Origin: Narcine bancroftii
Lineage: Eukaryota
Assembly: GCF_036971445.1 (NCBI RefSeq)
Contig: NC_091475.1
Coordinates: 156,612,001-156,676,000 of the forward strand
Length of the DNA: 64,000 bases
Direction: 5' to 3'
The first letter of the stretch is position 1. The number at the start of each line of letters is the position of its first letter. A program made the translations under genes and the position numbers. Of this stretch, positions 13,534 to 26,162 are shown piece after piece. Below the pieces are notes generated by a model that worked only from the letters and a program-made list of their open reading frames with translations, ran no database searches and was not told the DNA's origin.

Positions 13534-14531
13534 AGTTATGGGTTATATTTTATATTATATATAAATATGTTTTTAAAAGAGAGAGATTGTGGAGGATTTA
13601 GTCGAGGTCACTTCACAAGCAGACATTAACATTTCACAAAAGACATCTCATTTGAAATGTAAGAGCTATGCATAAACAGAGACATGTCCACAGTGACTTT
13701 ACAGTAGGTGTTGTTTGGACTGCTGTTGTGGAATAAATGGACTGTTGTCTTTAAAGCAACAGATGTCCAGGCAGAAACTGATGCTGGTGCCAGCAATTTG
13801 GTTGCAGTTTGCTGTTCTAAGAGGGGTCATGTGGTTTTGCAAACAGAGAGAGAAAAAAATGTGATTCTTTGGAGAGAGAGAGAGAGACAGAGAGAGAAAG
13901 CGAAGTCAGTTCGACAGTTCTTCAGTAGCTTTTGGAGGCTGCAACATGGCAAACTGGCAGGCTTGTTGAAACCCCCATTTTGAAAATGGGATGTGAGTTC
14001 TGAGTTCAGCCTGTTCAAACCCCTTGGAGTCTTTACCGGAGGAAATAGCTGGCTAGAGTGTTTCTTCTAAAATAAGGGAAACAAGAGGAACTCTGTGGTG
14101 ACTCGGAAGAAGAGGTTACCATTTGGAAAACCCATAATGGGGCAAGTTTCTTTGGCAAGACACTGAAGTGGCTGATTGGAGAAAATCAGTTTATGTGTGT
14201 CCAACGAGCAACAAATTTCTCTCTGAAACCAAAGAGAACCTTCCTGAGTGGTAATCATTTACCTTTCAGCACCAGAGCCTGGTGAAAATTCATAAATGTT
14301 AAATTATGTACACAGTATAAGAATTGCCTGATACTGGTGAACTTGGAGAAGAGAGAAGTGAATGAATGGACTATTAAAGCAAAGAACTTTCCTGAACATA
14401 TACACATTAGATACATGTGTGCTTACAATTGGAAGGGGTTAAGTTAAGTAAAGCAACTTTTGTTTTAGCAACAATTTGTCTTGGTGAATTTCTATTGCTG
14501 CTGGGTTTTGGGGTCCTCTGAACTCGTAACA
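13534..14531. mobile_element. Probable ~1-kb solo LTR
   Basis: Imperfect terminal inverted ends (A)GTTATGGGT ... ACTCGTAACA (TG..CA type), composition distinct from the flanks, no coding capacity. The TSD is not clean. Confidence 0.5.
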
Positions 14532-14985
14532 ATGCAAATTAACTGATTGTTTATTTTCAGTTTGCAATACTTTGCATATAGTTAACATCTGTGCAAGTTG
14601 CTTAAAATTACTCTTATATTGAACAAGGCCAGGCATTTAGAATAAAACCTGAACTTTGTGATGACATTTGCGAAGAGTATTGAACTTTGCAACTGGCACC
14701 CTCCAAGTAGACATTTGAAGATCAAATGATGCAACTGGATCAATGATTAATGATGGTGATGTAAAGAATGCTTGATTGCACTTCAGAAGTTGTCCACTTG
14801 CTACCAAGCATTTTCAAGTATACAAAGGACTGTACATTATGCCAGTTACATCTTGTGAACATTTAGTCAATTTTTAATAAATTCACAATTCTCTTTTGCG
14901 TTGTGTATGTCTTTCTGAATTTCAAAATGAATGCTGAATCTTTTCATATTTTCTAACTTTCAGGTGCTCATGAATTGAAAACATA

Positions 14986-17109
14986 CAGTGCCCTCCATGA
15001 GGGCCCTTTATTTGCCCCTGTGCACCACAGTTTTAAATTTGTAATCAAATAATTCATGTGATTAAAGTGCACATTCAGATTTTATTAAAGTTTATTTGTA
15101 TACAATTTGGTTTGACCACGTTGAAGTTGCAACATTTTTTATACATAGCCCCATCATTTCAGGGCAACAATATTTGGGGCAGAGCAATGTACCTTAAAGT
15201 AGTCATGTTTAGTACTCTTGCATAAACTTTGCATGCAATGTCTGCTTGAAGTCTGTGATTCATGAACATCACCAGATGCTGAGTATCTTCTCTGATGATG
15301 CTCTGCCAGGCCTCTTCTCCAGTCATCTTTGGCTCCTGCTTGTTTTGGGGGCTTGTCCCCTTAAGTTTTCTCTTCAGCATATGGAAGGCATGTTCAGTTG
15401 GACTTAGATCAGGTGACTTGCTTGGCCATACAGTAATTTTCCAATTTTTAGCTTTGGAAAAACTCCTTTGTTGTTTTAGCAGTATGTTTGAGTTCATTGT
15501 CTTGCTGCAGGTTGAAGCACCATCCAATGAGTTTGGAGGCATCTGCTTGAAATTGAGCTGGTAAGATATTTTTATACACCTCAAATTAAGTTTGCTTCTG
15601 CCATCAGCAGTTACATAATCATTAAAAATAAGTGGACCAGAACCTGTGTCAGCTGAACATGTTGAGGCCATAAAACCACCACGACCATGTTTCACAGATG
15701 AGGTGGTATGCTTCAGATCTTGGGCAGTTCCTTTATGCCTTCACAATTTGCTCTTGCCATCACTCTGATATTAGTTAATCTTGGTCTCATTTGTCCACAA
15801 GAGCTTTTTCCAGAATTTTGCAGGCTCTTTTAAATCGATCTCGGTAAACTGTAACTGTGCCTCACTGGTGGTTTGCATCTTACATTTTAGCCTCTGTATT
15901 TCTGTTCATGAAGTTTTCTGCAGGCTCATAATGGCTTTTTTGACTTTCATATGCACAACTCCAGTCATTATGTTGAAAAATGGTGACTACAGACTCCAAA
16001 GGTGGTCAAAATCTTAGAAGCAAGCCTAGCTCTCTGATACTGTAGGCCATTTCATAATCGAGATGTAAAGGCAGAGAAACTCTGCCAAAATGCATAATCA
16101 CCTAGCTTTCTGAATGTGCCGAGGCGGTCTCTGAGCCGCATATTCCAACCCCTCTCTGAGCGGGATAATCTCCACAGCACAGCCCTCCGCCGTTCTATCT
16201 GAATGTACAGCTGCGATAAGTGGCTGTTTAGGGTGGACTGATGATGGCGTCAGCCCACGACCCATCTCCCCAATAGTTAATGTTCTGATAAAATAGCCCC
16301 AAATGGACCCCTCACCCCTCTCCCTCCAAGTCAGGGCTGGCAGGGCAGCGGTAGCCCTTGGCGCAGCAGGGGCTGTCGGGACACCGGGGGCCATTGGGGC
16401 AGCAGGAGCTGTCAGTGGGGCCCATCCGGCAGGGGGTGGCTGGTGCAGGCTGGGACAGCCAAACCAGGCCCTTTTGGCTTCAGGGCCGCTCTCTGCGGCT
16501 CAAAATGCGGCAGAGCAATGACAGGCTTTCCTACCTATAATCTTTCATGCAACTGGAACTGTTATGGGAACCATAGAGTGGTTTTAGCTGCGTGGGGATT
16601 ATGGGTAGGGAATACGACCATCTCTCTGCCGCATATTTATGACGGTTGGCACTATGGCACCAGTCGCCCCACTTCCATTGGATCTGGAGGGTGCTACAAG
16701 GCACCTCTGGATATGAATGGGATGCTGGAGCAGCCTTTTAGGGCTGCTGTCTGAAAAGTACATTCCCGTTTTTCCATCGGCTCCATAGCCAGTCTCAAGG
16801 CAGAGGCCCGACATGAAATGGCCTTGTATCTGCAGCAATGAAGCAATTAAACATACCTGAGTAATCACAAACATCTTTGAAGCCATGTGTTCCAAAAATT
16901 ATGGTGCCCTAAAATGGGAGAACTATGTATAAAAAGTGCTGTAATTTCTACATGGCCAAACCAAAATGTATATAAATAACCAAAATAAAATGTGGAATGT
17001 GCACTTTAATCACATGTGAATTGTTTGATTACAAATTTAAATTTATGAACCACAGGGGCAAATAAAGGATAAAAAATTGTCTTTGCTCCAAATGTTATGG
17101 AGGGCACTG
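14986..17109 (-). mobile_element. Tc1/mariner transposon with decayed transposase and long TIRs
   Basis: TA|CAGTGCCCTCCAT ... ATGGAGGGCACTG|TA with ~200-bp inverted ends. The Tc1 motif WPSKSPDLSPTEHAF is in ORF 15159..15695. Confidence 0.92.
16044..16824. mobile_element. GC-rich non-autonomous DNA transposon (PIF/Harbinger-like MITE) nested in the Tc1
   Basis: Perfect 12-bp TIR AGGCCATTTCAT (16044-16055) / ATGAAATGGCCT (16813-16824), flanked by TGT on both sides (3-bp TSD). Tc1 sequence resumes after it. Confidence 0.72.
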
Positions 17110-17605
17110 TAGTTATATCTGGAATAGTTTAGTCTCGTTCTCATGAATTGTACTGTTTTGTCAATTATTTTTATTCTTCAAATCTAAAGTCCCCAATAAG
17201 ATTTTGACCACTTGAGTTTGATCTCTGAATTGGAGTACTCAAATACATTTGATAGTAGACATATCAAGGCAATGTACCTTTGAATGATTTTCTTTGTTTC
17301 TCCAAATGCCTGACTCTAATAAGCATCCACACCAACCAGCCAAATTAGAATGCCACTCATTCTACTGAATCAAACCAGTACTGAGTGGTTTAATGCCAAA
17401 AGAAAATGCTTGTTGGGAAGGTTCCTTTGTGCCCATCTACTTATTTGCATCTAGAGATGCATCCAATGTTCTTTAGTTTTACTGCAGAAGTATAATAAAC
17501 AAATTAGTTTTAGGACAGTGTCAGAAATTCTTTTCGGCAATGTATTATTCACAAGTCAAAACCTAGGGTCTTGTATATTTCACCGTGATCATTGCCCTTT
17601 GGAAA

Positions 17606-17825
17606 GTGCAACAGTTAGCGCAAAGCTGTTACAGTACCAGTGATCGTGACCGGGTTCGAATCCCATGCTGTTTATAGGGAGTTTGTACATCATTCTCATG
17701 ACTGTGTGGGTTTTCCCTTGGGCCTCCAGTTTTCTCCCACTGTTCAAAAACGTGCATTCGGGTGTAATTGTGCAGCACAGGCTTGTTGGCTGAAATAGCC
17801 TGTTACCGCACTAAATGTCAATGTA
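17606..17825 (+). mobile_element. tRNA-derived SINE (V-SINE/HE1-like)
   Basis: B-box GGGTTCGAATCCC, V-domain-like GGAGTTTGTAC...TGTGTGGGTTTTCC...GTTTCTCCCAC, and tail GCCTGTTACCG. Confidence 0.75.
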
Positions 17826-19052
17826 AAGATAAATTACATGCACATTTGCTGTCCAGTAAAAGGGACCTAAATAGTTATTAGAAGCTCCATTTGTTTGTTT
17901 GGGTGTGCTATAAATCACGAAATTGGAGGTCATTGCAATGAGTGTTAAGCATTCAATAAACATTTGAAGTGCAGTCTGAAAAATATCCAGGAATGGATCA
18001 TGACATCAGTGAGACATAAGTATTTTCATGTGAAGTTGCTTTCATTAGGCAATGCAATATTGGCAAACACCTGTAAATTCTGGGCTGTCATAACTGCTAT
18101 GTGACTGAAACAGTAAAATGGTTCAACCAGGGTTGTGAACTGGTGTCCACAGTGGCAGCAGTGCATTAATGCAAGATGATGGTGGCAGCATGCAAGAAAA
18201 GCATCAGGGCCATTTTTCCTCAGGTATGCAACATGATCATATGTTCCCAGCCACAGCTTTAAATTAAATTAATGGTACAGTTTAGGGGGAAAATATTTAT
18301 AACTTTAAAATCATTTCATTCTTGAAGGAAATATAACTTGTGGGCTAGGGAGGCTTGTTGTTGTCAGTGCAAGCAGGCCTTTAAAAAAAAACCATGCTCA
18401 AATACTGATGAGGTCACACCTCATTTTGTTGATAAAATCATTTGTGTTCTGCTTCATTATTTTTATAAAATTATTTTGTCTGCCTTTACCCTTCATGTTC
18501 ACATTTATGGCACATGCTCCAAATTTATCTTGCTCTTTCTCATAAATTTTCCTAAATACCTTTTTAAAGGTAAACTTGTATTTATGATAAGTAATTGTTA
18601 GTACAACCACAAGTTAATGTCATCATTCAGACAGTGTACCATGCTCATTGTCTGAGCATCTGTCCATGGAATCCAATTTTATGAATGGTTATCACTAGTT
18701 AAACCTATTAAATACCATCCCTATCTGCATTGATGAAAGGGAATCTGAAGGGAGAAAAGGATAGACTCACCCAAATTTGTGGAAGTCATTCCGCAGCTTT
18801 TGCAGGATCGGAGTAAACCATGGATTGTGGAAGAAATCAAGCAACCCAACCCAACATTACGGTTCTGAGCTGTGAGAATAAAATGTGCAGAGAACAGGAA
18901 AAAACAGGTCTCAGAAAATCTTGCAGATTTAAACAATTTAATAAGCATGCTTCAATCTTAAGTAAGAACAAATGCTAAAACCAGACAGCATCTGTAGAGA
19001 GTGAAAAACTGAACATTTTAGGTTGATGGTCTTTCACCGGAAAAAAAGTAAA

Positions 19053-19348
19053 GATGAAAATCAAACGTGCTTTAGTTACAATGACACAGAGGCTGGAGAG
19101 AAAATATGGAATGGTAGTGATCGGATGGAAACCAAACGTGCTTTAGTTACAATGACACAGAGGCTGGAGAGAAAATATGGAATGGTAGTGATGGGATGGA
19201 AATCAAATGTGCTTTAGTTACAATGACACAGAGGCTGGAGAGAAAATATGGAATGGTAGTGATCGGATGGAAATCAAACGTGCTTTAGTTACAATGACAC
19301 AGAGGCTGGAGAGAAAATATGGAATGGTAGTGATCGGATGGAAACCAA
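19053..19348. repeat. Tandem repeat, 71-bp unit x ~4.1
   Basis: Unit positions 19061, 19132, 19203, 19274 and 19345, near-identical. Confidence 0.95.
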
Positions 19349-19859
19349 GGAGAAAATAATTCAAGTGTTGATGATGTTGGCTGAGAAAAAGTGATAAAGA
19401 CTTGTTAATTGTTCTTAATCTATCTATGAGATGAATTTGAAGAGAGAAAAATGCTGGAACTGTGAGATATAAATGGAGATCGTTGTTGGAAGTAAAGGGA
19501 TATATCTGGCATGACTGGTAGAAGAATAGACATTCTCTTTGTTCTCTCCACTATTCTCCTGGAACTTAAAGCATATTATTCCTGGTTATAATAACTAATA
19601 GCTTCAAGTTATAACCCTGTTTCCACCTCTGTAGGTGCTGCTAGATCTGCTGACTCAGCATTTTTTTCTTTTTTATTCTGGATCATTAGTCAAGTGGTAG
19701 GAGCTTGATTTGATATATTGGCAGAAGTAGTGTTCTCGGAACATAGATACAGTGTTGTAAGCAGATAAATGTGGTCATCCATGAGTCAATGACTGCTGTC
19801 TGCAGAAGACTTCATAAACAGAAATACAGAGGCTAGACTGCAAGATACAAACCATGGCA

Positions 19860-20404
19860 AAGGTGGAATGCTTTGGATCTTGGGCAGTTCTTTTTGCCTC
19901 TACACTTTGCATAAGAATTCTTTTGTCATCAGCAGTGGAGGTCTTCCTTTGTGATTCCCAAGCTCACCAGTTCGTTCTTTCTTCTTAATGATGTTCCAAA
20001 GAGTTAATTTTGGTATTCTTGCTTTTCAGCCTCATAATGACTTCTTTGACTTTCATTGGCACAACTCTGGTCCTCATGTAGAAAAATGCCAACTACAGAC
20101 CCCAAAGGTGATCAAAAACTAGCTCTCTTGTGCCTGCACCAATTAAACATACCTGAGCACACACAAACATTTGTGAAGTGAAATGTCCCATTCATTATAG
20201 TGCCCTGAAATGAGGGGACTATGTAGAAAAAGTGCTGTAATTTCTACATGGTCAATCCAAGAAATATACAAGTAACCTTGAATAAAATCTGGAGTGTGAA
20301 GTTTAATTACATGTGAATTGTTTGATTACAAATTTTAAATTGTGGAGCACCGTGGCAATTAAAGGAAAAAATTGTCTTTGTCCCAAATATTATGGAGGGC
20401 ACTG
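19860..20404 (-). mobile_element. Tc1 fragment with internal deletions
   Basis: Homologous to 15700-17109 and ends ATGGAGGGCACTG|TA. Confidence 0.8.
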
Positions 20405-20569
20405 TACATGCTAGTTGTTTGGATTGAATAGATAAATATTGTTTGGAATGAAGATTACTTTGGCCTTTTATTCATCCATTGTGATCAACTAGATACTATC
20501 AATCGAAGGATAGCAAGAATGGAATCCTGAAGTGAGAAATATTTTCTTTCTTTATAATAATTCACTTAG

Positions 20570-20880
20570 GTCAGCAAAATTAATAATGATCTTTTATTGC
20601 TGTTGAGAGAGATTAGGATATGCCACTTGACCCACGGTGGAGCATGCATTGTTTTCCATCTACCATTGCCTGCTTCCAAAGTACAATTTTCCATTTTCAC
20701 CCAGTGATAATGTGTCATGATGGTGTGTGTCTTGGTGGTGAGTTTGTGAGTACCCATGATTTCCCCCAAACAATTACTATTCTTGCCCTCCAATAATTTG
20801 GCATCATAGTTGAAGAAGTATTGGGGCTTGGTAAATGATGCATTTTTATGGAGGAAGGGAATGTTCAGTTTTGTCAATTA
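20570..20880 (-). pseudogene. Possible ancient PIF/Harbinger transposase fragment
   Basis: Across frames GNHGYS resembles the GDSGYP motif, and HYHWVKMENCTLEAGNGRWKTMH resembles H..TRV.IE..FG.LK.RWR.LH. Very degenerate. Confidence 0.3.
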
Positions 20881-23314
20881 ACCAGACTGATATCTACTTT
20901 ATTGATTTTGAATATTTTGGGTACTTTTTCAGGCAAACAATGCACCTGAAATGCATATGTGCACACCAGTGTTTCTAGAATGGACAGAATGATACCTTAG
21001 AAATCAGTAGTTCTTTTGAATGATATCAGTTCCAACTCAATCAGTGACAAACCAGAAGCCATTGATGGAAATAAGAGACACATGGAGGAGCTGAGGTATA
21101 TTTTTGCTGTAAATTGCATAATTCCCACGTGCTGTGAGCACATAGTGTTAGCTAAATTGTCAGAGCACATTTTGTCCAGGTTGGCATCAAGTGACCTTGC
21201 GTTACGGTTGACATAACTGTGCTTATTTTGCATAGTGCCAGTGTGTGTATATAAAACATGTCCTAAAGTACTGTTCAAATTACTGCAAACAAATACAGAT
21301 TCAATTTTTAAAACAAAATTGAAAGCAATTTGACAATAATGGCAGTGGTATTAACAGTAAAACAGGGCCTGAGTGTATAATCTAGAGTACTTTTATACCC
21401 ACTAATTCCCTCCTGGGCATTCTTTTTGACAAGCAAGAAATTTTTGATTTAGATGTGCAGCAATGAAAATTGGATTGTCTCTTTCATGGCTGTATACAGT
21501 CTTTTACATCTGTGTTTTGTCAGATGGGAAGAGAAAAAAGTGATATATCGTGTATCATCAATTTTTTTTGTACTTTAGTTGTGAAGGTTAAATTAAATTG
21601 AGCATCGGGAATTAAATTTGCTGTTTCAGTCTGCTTTGTTTCGCATTAAATCTGGAATGTTTACTTTTTAAAACTCATTTACCATTAGAGTAAAAAAAAA
21701 TAACTGTACAATGGTGCATGAACAATTGGGATGCTGGAAATCTGAAATGTAAATGAAAAATGCTTGAAATATTCAGCCGGTCAGGCAGGCCTACTAGAGA
21801 GAAAAGTGTAGCATTTCAGGTCAATGACCTTTCATCAATCAGTGTGTCATTGACATTTAGGTCCAAATGCAGAGAAATCTTTACTGTAAAATGTGAATAG
21901 AAAATATATGGAAGTGCTTACATGTCAAAGCAATATTGAAATAAAACTAATTGTGCCACTCCAGTGGTTTGATAATCAGAAAGTGCTCTTTATTAGATAA
22001 CTGATTCTGGTTTCCATGACAAAATGCTTCTCTTCCTGCAAAAAATACAGCTTATATTTGGAAAGCTTTTTGAAGCCTTGACGATAGTTTTTGGGTGATT
22101 CATAAGCCATGTGTTACCATGGTCATATTGACGCTGTTGTCATTAATGTTACCTGATTGAAGGAGAGTCAAGGATTTATTTTAATAGCCCGATCAAAATG
22201 AGTGCTGTGTAATCATAAGGAGGATGAATGAAAATGTGATTCATGGAATTTCTGGTTGTCGACATCAGGGCTGCTCATGAACACCCTTTTCATTCTTTTT
22301 AATTTATATGTTATATATCAGTTGGAAAATATTAGCAGGTTTAAGAAAAGATTTAGAGGACCTGAGGTAAATCTCTTCACGTGCCAGTGACACGCATGAG
22401 CAAATTAGTGCATATTTTTTAAAATATTGAGTTTAACATATAAGCATAAATACATATGAATCTTTATATAATTGTCAATTCTGTATACAAGTAACATGCA
22501 CAATAAAAAGCCAATTAAAAAAATAGATAAAATTACATCAATACGTATAATAACTCAAAAACATTTAATGGAAATTATCTCTGCAACCAAGTTATTTCAA
22601 ATTAGTGCATACTAAGAAGCAATTTACTTCAGAACTATCCCCAAACCATTAGACATCTCACACTTAACTAAGGTGGTGGTTAGATTTAACCAGAGTTTAC
22701 CGTACTATGCTGTATTTCTTTCATCCACTTCAAGACCAACAATGCACATTAAATGACAATTAATGCAGGTGGCACTGAAATGGAGGGAATCTGATAATTT
22801 TCCATAACTTAAAGTATGCTTGCTAAAGTAAAATACCAACTTGTGGCAAATATTTTTGCTCATATTTATAGATCTGTGAGCATATATAACAAGAGAGCAG
22901 AAAAAGCTGGGAGATTCTGTTTAAGACAAAATGTTTAATTGTTCACGGGAATATAGATCATTATAAATGCTGAAGTAAATTCAGTTTGATCCTTATTCCT
23001 GTCTGCAATGGATGTTTTTCGATTGGGTGTATGCAAGGCTTCTGAAATTAATTATTGTTCATTCAGCAAATTGGGAAATGTTTATTGGCATTGTTCTGTA
23101 CAAGAATTGTGATAACACTTTGCAAAGACTACAAAGCTAATTTGACTATCGATTAAGATGTGAATCTTTTGCCTATGGGTTTAATAAAATGATAACAGCT
23201 CAAATTCAGGTAGTGAAAGTGAATTAATAACATCAGCAGTGGTTTACTCCAGTGTTCTGACAAATATATTTATCATAAATTGAGACTTTTCCCTGAATGT
23301 GCTGGGACTTTTTC

Positions 23315-23809
23315 TCCTTGGAACTTAGAAGGTTGAGGGGAACCTTACAGAGGTGTATGAAATCATGAGGGGAATAGATAAGGTAAAGAGTTTTAGTTTA
23401 TTTTCCAAGGGCATCCTTGGAACTTAGAAAGTTGAGGGGAACCTTACAGAGGTGTATGAAATCATGAGGGGAATAGATAAGGTAAAGAGTTTTAGTTTAT
23501 TTTCCAAGGGCATGCTTGGAACTTAGAAGGTTGAGGGGAACCTTACAGAGGTGTATGAAATCATGAGGGGAATAGATAAGGTAAAGAGTTTTAGTTTATT
23601 TTCCAAGGGCATCCTTGGAACTTAGAAGGTTGAGGGGAACCTTACAGAGGCGTATGAAATCATGAGGGGAATAGATAAGGTAAAGAGTTTTAGTTTATTT
23701 TCCAAGGGCATCCTTGGAACTTAGAAGGTTGAGGGGAACCTTACAGAGGTGTATGAAATCATGAGGGGAATAGAGAAGGTAAAGAGTTTTAGTTTATTTT
23801 CCAAGGGCA
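23315..23809. repeat. Tandem repeat, 99-bp unit x 5 (CR1-derived)
   Basis: Unit starts 23315, 23414, 23513, 23612 and 23711, with only a few substitutions. Confidence 0.95.
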
Positions 23810-23966
23810 GTGGAGCTAAAATTGGGAACAATATGAAAGGGATCTGTGGAGTACACAGAGGGAGGAAGTTTTATGGAATGAGCTTCCAAAATAAATGGTA
23901 GAGGTGGCCATAATTGTTGTATTTCAGTTACATTTGGACAGATACATGGATGGGAAAAGTTTAGAG

Positions 23967-24321
23967 CAGTGGTTCTCAACCTTTTTCTTTCCACTCACAT
24001 ACCATTTTAAGTATTCCCTATGCCATAGGTGCTCTGTGATTAGTAATGGATTGCTTAAGGTGGTATGTGGGTGGAAAGAAAAAGTTTGAAAATCTAATTG
24101 GCTCATTACGTGCACAGTTTCATAACTCTGAAAGAAATGGGCCAATGACAATTTTTCTCAAGCATTTGCTAGACACAATTGTGTCTAGAACAGTGATTCA
24201 CAACCTTCTCTTCCCACTCACATGCCACCTTAAGCAATCCCATATTAATCACAGAGCACTGATGGCATAGGGATGACTTAAACTGGTATGTGAATGGAAA
24301 GAAAAAGGTTGAGAACCACTG
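23967..24321. mobile_element. hAT-type MITE with nested palindromic structure, inserted in a CR1 3' end
   Basis: TIR CAGTGGTTCTCAACCTTTTTCTTTCCA at both ends with ~125-bp inverted arms. The TSD is not cleanly preserved. Confidence 0.8.
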
Positions 24322-24770
24322 GTTCTCACTGGATATGAACTGAATGCAGGCAAATGGGACTAGCTTGGGTTGAAACTTTAGTTACCAGGGTCAAGTTGAG
24401 CCAAATAACCTATTTCCATGCTGTAAAATTTTATGACTCTAATTAATTTTATTTGATGTGATTTGATGCACATTATTGCACTCTTTTTACTCTCCATTGT
24501 GAATGGTTAATGATCCTTCAAAGAAATATACCTTGCAGATGCATTTCCTTGTAATTCACAATTATTTATCATACCCTGCTGATTGGATAATCTGTTCTCA
24601 TGTTTACTTTGGCAAATGCCTCTAATTTTCAATGCTTATATACATAGAAGCAAAACAAATTACAGTTCAAAGCCAAAGGAAGACATCTTGTACACGAATA
24701 CCAATTAGTCTGCTTGTACGTTTATATATTTTTGACTTTGTATGTGTTGGCAATTTTATTTTGCTTATTT

Positions 24771-24772
<2 letters not shown>

Positions 24773-24812
<40 letters not shown>
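24773..24812. repeat. (TG)n microsatellite
   Basis: Directly visible in the sequence. Confidence 0.95.
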
Positions 24813-24819
<7 letters not shown>

Positions 24820-26120
24820 CACTGACCACTGATGGCAAAAAATTAAGATTGTTAGGGAAAACACATTTCACCAGATTATAGGTTTTTAAAAAGATATCTT
24901 ACCCATTGCAGAATAAAGAATTCCAAAGAATGTAATTGTTTAAGATCAGTTATCCTTTGCCATTTGTTTTCAATATACACCAGAAATGTGTAGACATTAT
25001 CTTAATCATTACACCTTACCTCTCAATTCAATCTCCTTTAATAGCATCTCAAATCCCGAATCCAGATTTATCTTTTTGGAAAATTCAGAATTAATTTATA
25101 ACTAAAGTGAAGCTCTATTTGAATTTGTTGAACATGCATGACTCTTTCAATGCAACGTTTTCTGGATCTGTCTCAACTTTATAAACCTTTTGACATCACT
25201 GGTTCTAGAAGTTGAAATGGAAACTCATTTGAGGACTCTTTCTTTACTCATTATTTATTATTGAATATTTATCTTTCTGTATTGCACAGTTTGTTTACAT
25301 TTATTTATTTTTTATATATTTTTTATTCTTGAGCACAGTTTACCACACCAGTAATTAGAAATTCTGCCTTGCTCACAGTAAAAAGAATCTCAGGATTGCA
25401 TGTGATGTCATGTATGTGATCTGACAATAAATTGAATTTTGAATTAAAATAGCAAGCTATCACCCATCAAGGAAGTTCTTAATAATTATCAAAATAATAT
25501 TACTAATGAAGCTATACTGTATATTGGAGAACACAATAAAGACAGGTGCTTATTATAAAAAGTGAATTAAATAATATTTTATTGTTCATGATGGTATAAA
25601 GGAAAATGGCATCCACATACAAAAATTCTGGTTTCCAAGGTGATGTTCATTAGGTGTTATCTGAAGTGGTGAGTGGGAATATCCTGCTTAAGTAGGATTA
25701 GTAAAGACTTCATCTGATGAGTATGTGTATTTGGAATATCTCTGTAGATCTATAAATCTCTCAATTTGTAATTAAATGGCTTTGTATATTTCTGTGGTAG
25801 AACCAGGGGCACTGTGGTGTAAACAATAATCATATCGACATGATGGAGTGATTAAACGGCTTTAATTGCCAAAAACCTGAGCATTACTGATACACTTCTT
25901 GGCCAGGTTCCAGATACAAGAGCAAGAGAGGGCAAGTCCAGAGATGCCAGCCTTTATTGGGAAATCAGGGGAGGAGCCAAGGGAGGGGTTAGGGAAGATC
26001 AGGGAGGTTCGGACTGGCCAGTCCTTACATCTATACAAATGCCTTTCACCACATTCACCCCTCCTTTGAGATAAATCCTGGCGGGTGATGTGGTGACATG
26101 GAACACATACTGTACTTTGC

Positions 26121-26124
<4 letters not shown>

Positions 26125-26158
<34 letters not shown>
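26125..26158. repeat. (TA)n microsatellite inside the Gypsy element
   Basis: Directly visible in the sequence. Confidence 0.95.

Positions 26159-26162
<4 letters not shown>

Larger units (their letters stand above)
23300..24445 (+). mobile_element. CR1-clade LINE 3' end carrying a 99-bp tandem amplification and a MITE
   Basis: LGLFSLE.RRLRG.L.EVY.IMRGIDKV-like text and a CR1-type 3' UTR (GCAGGCAAATGGGACTAG ... TATGACTCTA). Confidence 0.8.

Noticed and set aside
16098-16895. Ala/Gly-rich ORFs suggesting a collagen-like or captured gene
   Set aside because: They fall entirely inside the GC-rich MITE, and I saw no splice signals or recognisable domain.
17640-17670. tRNA gene (GGGTTCGAATCCC T-loop)
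   Set aside because: No cloverleaf. It is the B-box of a SINE head followed by the V-like core.
23315-23809. 33-codon protein repeat encoded by the 99-bp array
   Set aside because: The CR1 frame is shifted inside each unit and the + frames I read hit TGA or TAG. The ORF track shows no ORF spanning the array.
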